DNA of 64,000 nucleotides, taken from positions 2,464,001 through 2,528,000 of the forward strand of contig CP170459.1 in the NCBI GenBank assembly GCA_047947115.1, in the 5' to 3' direction. This document shows positions 1 to 9,070 of the stretch, one piece after another; the first letter of the stretch is position 1, and every line of letters starts with the position of its first letter. The stretch is from Verrucomicrobiota bacterium. Its GTDB lineage: Bacteria > Verrucomicrobiota > Verrucomicrobiia > Limisphaerales > AAA164-E04. The translations under genes and the position numbers were made by a program. The notes under the pieces are model-generated. The model was not told where the DNA came from, searched no databases, and saw nothing but the letters and a program-made list of their open reading frames with translations.

Positions 1-54
1 AAAATCTTGCGAGGGGAAAGAAATCTGACTGTTGAACACATCCGCTTTTCTTGA
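1..54 (+). pseudogene. 3' end of a HigA-like antitoxin paralog, C-terminally truncated and cut by the window edge
   Basis: Frame 1 reads KILRGERNLTVEHIRFS*, matching KILRGERNLTVEHIRFL in the 1678-2112 protein; DNA 1-45 is near-identical to ~2019-2063. Confidence 0.75.
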
Positions 55-96
55 TGAAGAGTGAGACGTATTGAGAATGTGCAACAGTTGCTGCAG

Positions 97-113
97 TGTG
101 CGGTTTTGTGCGG
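97..113. repeat. TGTGCGG direct-repeat pair, putative integrase arm-type site (element C)
   Basis: tgtgcgg-ttt-tgtgcgg; same motif at 1152-1168 and a variant at 2221-2238. Confidence 0.6.
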
Positions 114-193
114 CAAGCTGATAATTTGGCCGCTTTACTTGGATGATTTTTTGAGTGTTGAATAAAGTTGGTGAGTTAGGCCATTGTTGGATT

Positions 194-388
194 GTGTCAA
201 AAATAAGGTCATTCAGAATTTATTCAAGCTTGGCAGAGGAGAACCAAGCCGAGTATCGGCGTCGGTCCCGGATGTCTCCTCAAGAACGAATGAATGAATT
301 TGCCGTTCTTCAAGAACGTGCCTGGGGGAATGATTGGAGGACCAAGCCAATGGACCGAATAGCAACTTGGGAAAAGGTGGATTGGTAG
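194..388 (+). CDS. Small hypothetical protein, partner of the downstream nucleotidyltransferase
   Basis: GTG at 194, in frame with ORF 155-388; contains SLAEENQAEY...MSPQER; stops 3 nt before the NTase start. Confidence 0.55.
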   Translation: MSKIRSFRIYSSLAEENQAEYRRRSRMSPQERMNEFAVLQERAWGNDWRTKPMDRIATWEKVDW

Positions 389-391
389 GGT

Positions 392-868
392 ATGACCACG
401 TTGACCGAAGATATGGTCGAGTTCTTGGGGTTGCTCAAAAAGCACGGTGTGGAGTTCGTTTTGGTGGGCGGTCATGCTGTGAATTATTATGGATACGTGC
501 GGACAACTCAGGATATTGACCTACTCATTTACCCTTCTCCGAAAAATGCTCAGTGCATGATGGCTGCTCTAAGCGATTTTGGATTCGGAGACGCTGGAAT
601 TCCGGTGTCACTTTTTGAATCGACAGGAAGTGCCATTCATCTGGGTAATGAACCCAACCGCATTGATTTACTGACAGCGCTGAAGGGGATGAGCAATGAG
701 CAGATATTCAAAAACAAAAAGCGCATACACTTGGGTTCATTGGAACTGGATATTATCGATTTAAATGACCTGCTCCAGATTAAGCGGCAATCAAGCCCTC
801 TCAAAGATCAGGCTGATGCAGAAGAGATTGAAATATCAAAACCTGATGGAGACTCATATGATAGATGA
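392..868 (+). CDS. Minimal nucleotidyltransferase (Pol-beta superfamily)
   Basis: FVLVGGHAV...YGYVRTTQDIDLL (GG and DxD motifs), RIDLL, C-terminal KDQAD. Confidence 0.8.
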   Translation: MTTLTEDMVEFLGLLKKHGVEFVLVGGHAVNYYGYVRTTQDIDLLIYPSPKNAQCMMAALSDFGFGDAGIPVSLFESTGSAIHLGNEPNRIDLLTALKGMSNEQIFKNKKRIHLGSLELDIIDLNDLLQIKRQSSPLKDQADAEEIEISKPDGDSYDR

Positions 869-931
869 TCCGATCGTTGCCGAAGATCGACAACATAGAG
901 CAGTCATACTTAATGGATTTGATGGAGGGTG

Positions 932-1034
932 GTTAGATCTAACTTGTTTATGGGTACAGCCCGCCTCCGCTTAAAGCTCCGGCGAGGCAACTTTCGCGGT
1001 GAGAAAGTTGGTGGAGGCGTCGGGAGTTGAACCC
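932..1034. repeat. ~100-bp att-arm repeat, copy 1 (two hairpins plus ssrA 3' core at 1009-1034)
   Basis: Aligns with ~2250-2351; core tggtggaggcgtcgggagttgaaccc differs from ssrA 31055-31080 at one base. Confidence 0.85.
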
Positions 1035-1336
1035 TATAAGACCTTTCAAGACGAAGTATCCTTCCTTCGCATCCTTGCATGACTACAACACCTTACACGT
1101 TCATTCTCCAAAATCCACCATGCACCGTCTTGAACCATCATGAAAAAAATCTGTGCGGTTTTGTGCGGCAAATTTGGGAAGCTTTGGTTCAGATAGATCC
1201 AACCAACAGTTTTCGGTAAATTCTTATATGAGTGATCAAATGTTTGTTGGCGGGATCAAATCCATCTATTTGATTCGTCATTACTGATTCTCACTCGGGG
1301 AAGTCAAACATTGGCGAATTGGCGAATAGTCCAATA

Positions 1337-1369
1337 TTGACTTTGAGATGAATGCGGGACAAATTGTCC
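1337..1369 (+). promoter_or_regulatory. Putative higBA promoter and operator
   Basis: TTGACT (1337-1342), 17-nt spacer, weak -10 CAAATT overlapped by the perfect palindrome GGACAA-A-TTGTCC (1357-1369), 3 nt before the TTG start. Confidence 0.5.
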
Positions 1370-1372
1370 TTG

Positions 1373-1681
1373 TTGAGGATCATAACGGAAAAAGCACTCA
1401 AGGAATGGTCGTTGAAGCATGCCCGTGCGAAAGTATCTCTCGCAAACTGGGTTCGTGTCGTGAAACGCTCAAGTTGGAATACTTTGGTCGACATTCGTGC
1501 CACCTTTCCTTCAGCCGATCAGATATCTGTAGGCAGCGGACGGTCCGTCATCATCTTCAATATTGCCGGTAATCAATTTCGGCTTGTTTGTGCGGTGCAT
1601 TTTAGAACGAAAATGGTATTCGCTTTGAAATTTATGACACATTCAGAATACGACAAAATGTCTTGGAAGAACGAACTATGA
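1373..1681 (+). CDS. higB: HigB family mRNA interferase toxin (RelE superfamily)
   Basis: RIITEKALKEW...DIRATFPSAD...IFNIAGNQFRLV...FMTHSEYDK; toxin-first order; ATGA overlap with the antitoxin. Start is TTG 1373 or ATG 1352. Confidence 0.9.
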   Translation: MRIITEKALKEWSLKHARAKVSLANWVRVVKRSSWNTLVDIRATFPSADQISVGSGRSVIIFNIAGNQFRLVCAVHFRTKMVFALKFMTHSEYDKMSWKNEL

Positions 1682-2112
1682 AAACTCAGACAGCAACCAA
1701 GGTGCGAGCCTTTAATTCTGTTCCCAAGGATTATTCCTGCCTTTGTTCCGGATATCTTCCGCGTCCCATTCATGATGATCATGAATACGCTGAGGCCCAA
1801 AAAGCCATATTCGAATTGGTAGGTTTTGAAGAACAGTTAACTCCGGATCAAACTGACTATTTGGAGGCAGTTAGTACGTTCATTGAGCAATATGATCAGC
1901 AAACGGTAAGCTGGTCTAGGAGAAATCCGAAGTCCATCCTGAAGTATCTCATGGCAGAGCACGGTATGAGTGGTGCCGACCTGGCAAGATCTCTTGGCAT
2001 GAACGAATCGATGGGAGGCAAAATTTTGCGAGGGGAAAGAAATCTGACTGTTGAACACATTCGTTTTTTATCAAGCAAGTTTTCTGTTAGCCCTGAGCTC
2101 TTTATTGCCTGA
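1678..2112 (+). CDS. higA: HigA family HTH antitoxin
   Basis: PRPIHDDHEY...DYLEAVSTFIEQYD...LKYLMAEHGMSGADLA...ILRGERNLTVEHIRFLSSKFSVSPELF. Confidence 0.9.
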   Translation: MKTQTATKVRAFNSVPKDYSCLCSGYLPRPIHDDHEYAEAQKAIFELVGFEEQLTPDQTDYLEAVSTFIEQYDQQTVSWSRRNPKSILKYLMAEHGMSGADLARSLGMNESMGGKILRGERNLTVEHIRFLSSKFSVSPELFIA

Positions 2113-2249
2113 GATCAGTTCTATTGAAAAAAGCTCCATAAACTTAAAATTGAGTAAGAATTCATCCGCTTTTCTTTATGATGAATGAGATAGATTGAGT
2201 ATGTGTAACAGTAGCAGGAGTGTGTGGTTTTTGTGCGGCAAGGTGAGTG

Positions 2250-2351
2250 ATTTGATCTAACTCGTTGATGGATACAGCCCGCCTTCGCTTTAAGCTGCGG
2301 CGAGGCAAATTTCGCGGTGCGAAAGTTGGTGGAGGCGGCGGGAGTTGAACC
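2250..2351. repeat. ~100-bp att-arm repeat, copy 2, including the 25-bp att core (2327-2351)
   Basis: tggtggaggcggcgggagttgaacc is identical to 31055-31079; IHF-like ATCAA-N4-TTA on the minus strand at 2258-2269. Confidence 0.9.
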
Positions 2352-2472
2352 TGCTGCTTCGTGTTCGTTAACATTCGGGATGACGCACATTACTTTCTTT
2401 TTTACAACGTATTATGATTGTTTTCCTTAAAAGCCAGCACGAACCATTACGCAGTAAACGCGAAACATTTCG

Positions 2473-2490
2473 TGTCAAGTATTGTCAAGT
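2473..2490. repeat. TGTCAAGT direct-repeat pair, putative arm-type site (island A left end)
   Basis: tgtcaagt-at-tgtcaagt; counterpart at 30979-30997. Confidence 0.7.
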
Positions 2491-2579
2491 GACCACCTTC
2501 GATGGATGATTATCGAATCTCCAAGAGTCGGTGTATTGCATCATCTTCACATACGAAAAGCAGCTTAATTTTTGTTGCG

Positions 2580-2741
2580 ATGAATAAACAGGAACGACAG
2601 GATAGAAACGTTCCCCTGAATACGATGAGGGCAATAACAAAACAGAGGACCAGTAAGAGTCCGAAACCTCGGTTTTCAAAAACTTTATTTGATAGCATCA
2701 TCTTCCTTTTACTCGCACTAGCCTATGTTGTTGGAGCTTGA
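2580..2741 (+). CDS. Possible small membrane protein
   Basis: MNKQERQ...FDSIIFLLLALAYVVGA: basic N-terminus and hydrophobic C-terminus; no family recognised. Confidence 0.25.
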   Translation: MNKQERQDRNVPLNTMRAITKQRTSKSPKPRFSKTLFDSIIFLLLALAYVVGA

Positions 2742-2850
2742 TCAACGAGCTGAAATTGCCCCAATAATTCAGCCAGAGTTTGGGATTAATTCTCCCACTA
2801 CTCGACGGAATCGCCGAGATACTGTGCCTCTGAGCCGTTGGTTTTTAACC

Positions 2851-3900
2851 TTAATTTGTATTTTGAGGTACGACCCCAACGGCTCCTCCCCCAACACATC
2901 GCATGTCGCTCAAAGGACGAGTCGTTTGGTCGTGATAGTGCCGCACGCCGCGCTGCATCACCACTTGCACACGGCGATCCTTCGCGGTGGCTCGATAGAA
3001 GGCCGCGTTGAAGCCGACTCCCAAGGCGCTGAAAGCCCATTGCCCGGTTTCACCCGTGATGAAATCCCCCGTCACGCCGTGCTGGACGGGCCGCTGGCCG
3101 ACTTCAAACGAGAATGGCGGATTGCCATGGTAGTTGAAATCGACCGAGGTGCCCGGCCATGTCTCTTTGATATACCGTTCCAGCTCCGTTTCGAACGCAG
3201 CGCTGCTGTCATAGCGGAACTCCATTATCTTTTCCCAGTCCGCATCCCAACGCATCGCCCTGGGCATCTCATGACCGTGCTGCTCCTTGAACTTGGTCTG
3301 ACAATGATCGCACCAGCAACCATAAGGCGGCCCGAATCCTTGATCGACCATGTCGAGGTGAAAGCCGTTGATGCCATACGTCATCATCTCTTCTAGCAAA
3401 CCCTTCACGTAGCCGATGTAAGGCGAATTGAAACAGACGCGCTCGATGGGATTGCCCTCCTTGTCGCGCATGCGCCAGTCTGGATGCTCACGCAAGGTGT
3501 GTGTCGGATATTGCAAGACACAATAGGCGATCACCGGCATCTGATGTTTCTTCGCTTCCTCAACCGTTTCGCGCAGGACATCACGTTCACCCAAGCCAGG
3601 CGCCTTGGGCTGCAGTCTGGAGTCGTAGTACGTGTAGACGCCATCGCGAGCCCAGATGACCATGTAGTCGCAATGCGCGGCGGCGGCGCTCTCAATACAC
3701 TCGCGTCCGTTGAATCGGGCCACGTATCCCACGTCGGCCATGTCGCTGCCGAACTGCGCGCCAGTGGGCCCGGTTTCGATGCCGACCAAGGCGCGCTCGA
3801 ACCAGGGCGTCTTCTGAGCAGCTAGTGGTGTCATCACAACGCTGTGTAGTGCTAGAGCGAAGACGAAGAGTCGTTTGGTGGTCATCGGAAGGAATGGCAT
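2851..3900 (-). pseudogene. Secreted glycoside hydrolase (GHL6/GH151-like TIM barrel), apparently 3'-truncated
   Basis: Signal peptide; EHPDW, CFNSPY, GFHLDM and GCWCDHC motifs; coding-like sequence breaks after TTRPLSDMR (~2897) into AT-rich DNA. Confidence 0.6.
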
Positions 3901-3903
3901 TGA

Positions 3904-5940
3904 CTAAGGCTTTAAAAGCGCCCTTAAGGAGTCAAGATCGGAAACTTTTGATGAGGGATCGAATGCATAGGCGCGCTCCTCTTGCATCAACTCGGCATGC
4001 TTCTGTGCCAGGCGTTGGCGTAGCCCGGGATTTGCGGCAGCGACATAGACGGCGGCAACGTCGATGCGATCGTTGATCTGTAAGGCATCCGGTGCGAGCG
4101 TGAATTCGACCTCGTGAACACCATCGGCATCGACTCGGAAGACTTCCTCCGGTTTCGAAGGATAGCCAGGCAGTCGGAAGGTGAGCGCAGCTTGTCTTGG
4201 GGTGAATTCGAAGGTGTTGGTATCATTGTCAGGGCTGTAGGCGAGATCGTTGGCAAAGAAGAGTGCTCCTTCCTTGCCGGTGATCGACGAGAGATCCCAG
4301 TCGAGTTTGCCTTCGTTGAGGAGGCGCTTGTATTCATAGGCGTCGCCTTCAATGACGAGTGGTGCGATTGTCAGGGCAACGCCGTTTACTCGCGTGATCG
4401 GATCGATGAGATCGGGAAAATTCACCAAAGATTTGAGACTAAGATTGAACCAATAGATCGATGTGATGCGATTGGCGAGACCGTGATAAGCTTGAGCGGC
4501 CAGTTCATCGGGAGTGGGCGAAGCGCGCTCGCGGGAACGTGTTCGCCAGCCATCGTGAGCACCCTGCGCCCAGTAGGCGATGGGGCGCGGACGATTCAGA
4601 TCGCGCAGGCTCCGCGTCATGTCGCCAATGGTTTCCAGCGGCGCGCCCCATGAAATCGATGCGCCGCCCCAGCGATCGTAGCTCCGCCATGAATCCGCCG
4701 CCGGTGCCGTGACCCGATAAGCGTCGTAGTGAGGGTAGTCGGAAAGGCCCGCATAGTAGCGCCAAACGCGTTCTTCACTATGCGTGACCGTGGTCGCCAA
4801 ACGCGTCTTTTGATAGGGTTCGAAGGCTTTCCATACCTCCTGGGGCGGGACGGGTCTGCCACCACCATATTGAGGTTCGCCGAGGAATTCCACCGCGTGG
4901 ATCTGTGGGAGCATGGCATCAGCATCGTAGCGCTGGAAGTTTGCCAGACGATTGAAGCGTTTGATCGGATACTGCGCGTAGAGTTCCGCGTTGTCCGTGT
5001 AGCCACCCACTTCTTCGATCTGCCCGGTGTTGATGTGCATGCGCTTCAAGGTCTTCAGGTAGGGCAACATGGTTAGGGTATTCTTCCCGTCGATATCCGA
5101 AGCCACCCAGCCGCCGCTTAGATCAAAGGCTTCACGCTTGATGCGCAAATAGGCCCACAGGGAGAACGATGTCTCGTCTGCCCGCGCGCATTCGACTTCG
5201 ATCGCCGTGTAGGTGAGTGGCAATGGATCGGTCTTGGCGACAAAGCCTCCCTTGTCTCCCTTCGTGACGATTCCATTCTGCGGAAACAGATCCAGCGCAT
5301 TCAACCAAGGCTGGGGCAGGAGTGCGAGGAAGTCTGCCCCCTCCGCTGGCAGCCAAAACCGACAACGACGGATACTGATATCGGCTCCCGTGTGATTCGC
5401 TAGATGAACGAAGACTTTGTCAGGATGTATCGAATCACTGCTAGAGTCAAAAGTGACCGCCGAGAGCCACGCGTTCGCTGCGGTGAGATCGAGATCGACT
5501 GACGTTGTCTCAGGCCCGGTTCCGAGCGTGAGGCGATGCGATGAGCCTGCGGCCCACTTGCTTCCGCGGCTGTTGAATGACCAGACAGTCAGGGCGCCCG
5601 GCGGCACGCCACACGGCAGTCCATCCCGCGCGGAAGGGGTGTCATGCCAGGCCCATTCGCCGCTTTCCAGCAATTCACTTGGGCGTTCTTCATCAAACCG
5701 ATACTCCAGATCGGACGTGAGTTGCCAGGGCACTTCGCCGACATTCCTCAGGAAGATTTCCACCTTGGCCCCCATCTCCGGATCCGGAGCCCGGCGATAA
5801 CGCATGTTCGGAGACTGCACATGCGGGACGACGTTCAATCCAGCAAGGGTCACGGTTTCTCCGTGCAGAGACGAGTGGCCTGACAAATGCAGACTGATGA
5901 GATAGGCGAAAAGGAAAATCGGTGCGGAGGGCAACTTCAT
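3904..5940 (-). CDS. Secreted hypothetical protein, possibly glycoside-hydrolase-like
   Basis: Long ORF with signal peptide MKLPSAPIFLFAYLISL; GEP and DAYRV motifs in the C-terminal half. Confidence 0.7.
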   Translation of the reverse strand: MKLPSAPIFLFAYLISLHLSGHSSLHGETVTLAGLNVVPHVQSPNMRYRRAPDPEMGAKVEIFLRNVGEVPWQLTSDLEYRFDEERPSELLESGEWAWHDTPSARDGLPCGVPPGALTVWSFNSRGSKWAAGSSHRLTLGTGPETTSVDLDLTAANAWLSAVTFDSSSDSIHPDKVFVHLANHTGADISIRRCRFWLPAEGADFLALLPQPWLNALDLFPQNGIVTKGDKGGFVAKTDPLPLTYTAIEVECARADETSFSLWAYLRIKREAFDLSGGWVASDIDGKNTLTMLPYLKTLKRMHINTGQIEEVGGYTDNAELYAQYPIKRFNRLANFQRYDADAMLPQIHAVEFLGEPQYGGGRPVPPQEVWKAFEPYQKTRLATTVTHSEERVWRYYAGLSDYPHYDAYRVTAPAADSWRSYDRWGGASISWGAPLETIGDMTRSLRDLNRPRPIAYWAQGAHDGWRTRSRERASPTPDELAAQAYHGLANRITSIYWFNLSLKSLVNFPDLIDPITRVNGVALTIAPLVIEGDAYEYKRLLNEGKLDWDLSSITGKEGALFFANDLAYSPDNDTNTFEFTPRQAALTFRLPGYPSKPEEVFRVDADGVHEVEFTLAPDALQINDRIDVAAVYVAAANPGLRQRLAQKHAELMQEERAYAFDPSSKVSDLDSLRALLKP

Positions 5941-6038
5941 GAAAATGCTGGTAGGAGTCTCAACGAACCGTCTAGGCAGTCTTGGAGCGTTTGGCAATAT
6001 GAAGAAGATCGGCGGCTGGCTGCAGGAAGGGCATTTGG

Positions 6039-6310
6039 CTAGCGGGATGTAAATCTTTGACGTTGTAAGATTGAGGTGGCGTTGGCCGGATCACGGGCCA
6101 TCGTTTCGATGGCCTGGGGGAGGCTGGGGTAGCCTGCGTGACCCAAAGGTGCCAGCAAGGCGCACCGGATCAGGGCCAACGCTCGCACGGCGTTGGGCGT
6201 TTACAGATGGCGATGAATTGTTGTGCGAAGGGAAACGCCACGGATTCCGCTTCGATCTCGCATAGGCTTAGATGGCGTTCTTTGATGCGGCCGTGGCCGT
6301 CATGGGTTTC
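6039..6310 (-). pseudogene. Internally deleted ISAs1-like transposase remnant
   Basis: Minus strand reads ETHDGHGRIKERHLSLCEIEAESVAFPFAQQF, then in another frame TPNAVRALALIRCALLAPLGHAGYPSLPQAIETMARDPANATSIL; resembles the GHGRIE motif and C-terminus of ISAs1 transposases. Confidence 0.55.
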
Positions 6311-7619
6311 TCACTGTCCGCAGCGCCTTGATCTCGGCGGCGCCCCCCGCCACGCACAGGCTTTCGATGCGCAGTTCCTGCTCCGCGTTCCCGTCCAGGA
6401 CGGGCTCGATCTCCAGCACGTGGGGAACGCTCGCGTCGAGGTTGTCCACGATGGTCTTGTGGTAGTTCCAGTTGCCATTGAAGCGTGCGGAGGTCATGTC
6501 GTAGAGGTCCGTCGGTTCCTTCTGGCCATCCGGCATGTAGGTGTGCGGCTTGCCGTCGATGCGGATCCGGTACTTCCCGGAGTTCAGGGTGGCCTCGCCG
6601 AACACCATCACGAAGGAAGCCCGCACCTCGAAGCGGAGCGTGGCCGGGGTCTGGGGGACTGATTCCTCGTTTCCTTCCGCGTTCCTGACCCGCTTGCGAT
6701 TCGAGGCGATGAGCAGCCGGTCCAGCCAGCGCGACATCATCTGGTCGTGGCAGGCGCCCGTGAGGTGCGGCTTGCCTTGCGTCCACCCTGAGGGCAACGC
6801 GTCGGACGGAAGCAGGTCCGCGAGCACGGCGCGCCGGTTGGTCATGAAGAGGCTGTCGTGCAGCATCTTCTCCGGCACCGCGCACACGGCGTTTTCGCGC
6901 ACGCCCTTCTCGAAAGCGGCGAAGGCAGCGTCGGCAAAGAGTTGGTAGCCAGCGTCGCCGGGATGCACGCCGTCAGTGTCCCAGATGCGGTCTAGCGTGA
7001 TCTCCTTCTTGCGGACCCGTTCGATGACCAGCGCCGCGGCGTCGCCGGCGGGGACGCCGTAGGCAGCGGCGATTTTCAGGCGCTGCGTCAGGCCTCCGAG
7101 GTGCGCGGTCGTGCCGCTCTCCAGGCCCGTCTCGATCTCCCACTTGAAAGGAAACATCACCGCCACCACCGGCGCGTGGCCGTCGCCGATGATGCGCCGC
7201 AGGAGGGACTCGTACGACGCGAACACGAGGGGATTCCCGGCCCAGTTGTCGTCGTTCGCGCTGAAGTCCAGGAACACCAGATCCGGCTTGCGCGCCAGCA
7301 CGTCGCGCTCGAGGCGGAAGACGCCCAGCAAGGACGGGGTCCCGCCGATGGCGGCGTCATAGCACTGGAAGCGCGCCTTGGGATAGCGCGCCTCCAGCAG
7401 TTTCTTCGTTTGTGCGCGGTAGGAGGTCAACGCCTGGTCCGTGGCGTTGGCCCCCCACGTCAGCGAGGCTCCGAAGAAGACGACATTGAGGGATTCGCCC
7501 GCCCTGGCTCGTGCATCGAACCCGGCAAAGGAACCGCGCTGGGCTTCCGCCGCCAGGGCCGTTGACGCCGTGAGGACGGTTGCGGCTATTGCTGATAGGA
7601 CTCTCCGGGTTGTGCTCAT
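6300..7619 (-). CDS. Secreted SGNH/GDSL hydrolase
   Basis: FFGASLTWG (block I), AIGGT, DFSAND, DGVHP; signal peptide. Confidence 0.85.
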   Translation of the reverse strand: MSTTRRVLSAIAATVLTASTALAAEAQRGSFAGFDARARAGESLNVVFFGASLTWGANATDQALTSYRAQTKKLLEARYPKARFQCYDAAIGGTPSLLGVFRLERDVLARKPDLVFLDFSANDDNWAGNPLVFASYESLLRRIIGDGHAPVVAVMFPFKWEIETGLESGTTAHLGGLTQRLKIAAAYGVPAGDAAALVIERVRKKEITLDRIWDTDGVHPGDAGYQLFADAAFAAFEKGVRENAVCAVPEKMLHDSLFMTNRRAVLADLLPSDALPSGWTQGKPHLTGACHDQMMSRWLDRLLIASNRKRVRNAEGNEESVPQTPATLRFEVRASFVMVFGEATLNSGKYRIRIDGKPHTYMPDGQKEPTDLYDMTSARFNGNWNYHKTIVDNLDASVPHVLEIEPVLDGNAEQELRIESLCVAGGAAEIKALRTVRNP

Positions 7620-7677
7620 TATGATTTGTTTTCGAATGTCACGGTTGGTGTTCGATTCTATTACTGCCACGCGTTGC

Positions 7678-9003
7678 CTACTTCGCAGGCACCTCGCCGC
7701 ATCGGTAAATTTTCGTGCTCAAGCTCATCGGCTGGGCGAAAGTGCCGGCTTTCAGTGTGAAGGTGATTCCCCCATACCAGTCGAACGCGCCGAGCGACTC
7801 GGGAATGGCGCATGTGAACTCGCCATTGTCTCCCGGAACGGCTTCGAGGCGGGCCCAGTGGCGGGCGTCCCAGCCGCACGGCTGGTCGGGAAGCCAGCTC
7901 ACATAGAACCAGCCCGCAGCACGGTCAGGGCAGTTCTTCACGGTGAACTTGAGCACCTTGCCGTCGCGCGGCACAGCCACGGCGTTCGGCTCGGGGAGGG
8001 GAGGACTGCCGCCCGCGAGCACGTGCGCGAAGAACGCAGGCTCGATCTCGGCGTTGATCGGGTAATCCCAGCGCACCGGCCCGCCCGGCAGCGACATGTA
8101 GTGGCTCTTGTTCGGACCGAAGCAGAGGTACTTGCCGGCAGGGATTGCGTCGAGCGTTGCCATCACCGACGGCGGCTTGAAGAAGATGTCGTTCGCGCTG
8201 CTGTACATCAGGTAGGTGGCACGACAGCGATTGAGTCTGGTGCCCGCGTCGAAGCATTTCAGCCAGGTGTTCCGATCCGCCTCGTCCATCTCCTTCAGCG
8301 CGCTGGAGCCAATCGCGTCGAGTTGATAGAATCCCGAGCCATACAGGTTAAAAGTGCCTTTTACGCGTTCGTCGAGGAGGCCGGAGAGCATGGTGACCAT
8401 GTAGCCGCCCCAACTGATGCCGGTCATGCAGAGCTTCTGCGGGTCCACGTCGGGCTGGGCTTCGAGGAGGTTGAACGCCCGCAGGCCCGCGGTGACCGCG
8501 TCGAAGAGCACGCAGACGTAGGGCGTGGGCTTGGGGGGGATGATCTGGTCGGCGCCGAACTGCATCTTGGTGACGCGGCTGATGCTGAGCATCTTGTCGT
8601 TGGCGCCGTAGCCGGGGAGGTCAGGGGCGATCGCCACGTAGCCGAGCTTCGCCCACGCGATGGGGCTGCCTTCACCGGCCATCCCGCCGCCACCGTGGCA
8701 CACGAGCATGCCGGGCAACTTCTGACCGGCAGTATTCTCAGGCCGGGCAATGATGGCATAGATCTCGCAATCCTTGACCTCGCCCTCCTTGCTGCCTTCG
8801 GCGCTGGCGAACCGCAACTTCGTCACCTTCACGCCGTCTGTGGTTTCCTCCGAGATCACCGTCGTGACCTTCGGCACGCCCGTCGCGTAGGGGGCGAAGA
8901 GGTCGTCCTTCTCCAGCGCCGGCGCCGGTGCGGCGGCCACACATTTCACGAGGAAAAAGAGAATCCCAACGGAAACTACTGCATCACGAATGGTTGTTCT
9001 CAT
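7678..9003 (-). CDS. Secreted alpha/beta hydrolase (acetyl-xylan-esterase/dienelactone-hydrolase-like)
   Basis: HGGGG oxyanion motif, GISWGG nucleophile elbow, ANDIFF, NKSH; signal peptide. Confidence 0.85.
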   Translation of the reverse strand: MRTTIRDAVVSVGILFFLVKCVAAAPAPALEKDDLFAPYATGVPKVTTVISEETTDGVKVTKLRFASAEGSKEGEVKDCEIYAIIARPENTAGQKLPGMLVCHGGGGMAGEGSPIAWAKLGYVAIAPDLPGYGANDKMLSISRVTKMQFGADQIIPPKPTPYVCVLFDAVTAGLRAFNLLEAQPDVDPQKLCMTGISWGGYMVTMLSGLLDERVKGTFNLYGSGFYQLDAIGSSALKEMDEADRNTWLKCFDAGTRLNRCRATYLMYSSANDIFFKPPSVMATLDAIPAGKYLCFGPNKSHYMSLPGGPVRWDYPINAEIEPAFFAHVLAGGSPPLPEPNAVAVPRDGKVLKFTVKNCPDRAAGWFYVSWLPDQPCGWDARHWARLEAVPGDNGEFTCAIPESLGAFDWYGGITFTLKAGTFAQPMSLSTKIYRCGEVPAK

Positions 9004-9070
9004 GGTTGTTTGCTGCTAAGTACTGTCTCTAAACAATGTCGTGAAGAACACTCGAACAAGGTGTGGTGGC

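Larger units (their letters stand above)
1009..2351. mobile_element. Element B: 1.3-kb integrase-less mini-island carrying higBA
   Basis: Bounded by ssrA-3' direct repeats (1009 and 2327); TGTGYGG pairs inside both ends (1152-1168, 2221-2238); only higBA between them. Confidence 0.75.

Noticed and set aside
1009..1034. tRNA-like sequences at 1009 and 2327
   Set aside because: Only part of the T-arm, the acceptor 3' strand and CCA are present; they are att copies of ssrA, not tRNA genes.
2850..2877. GGGGTCGT...TAAG on the minus strand as a Tn3-like inverted repeat
   Set aside because: Shorter than the 38-bp consensus, no partner IR and no Tn3 transposase.
6096..6114. Perfect hairpin ggccatcg-ttt-cgatggcc as a terminator
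   Set aside because: No U-tract on either strand, and it lies within the transposase-like remnant.
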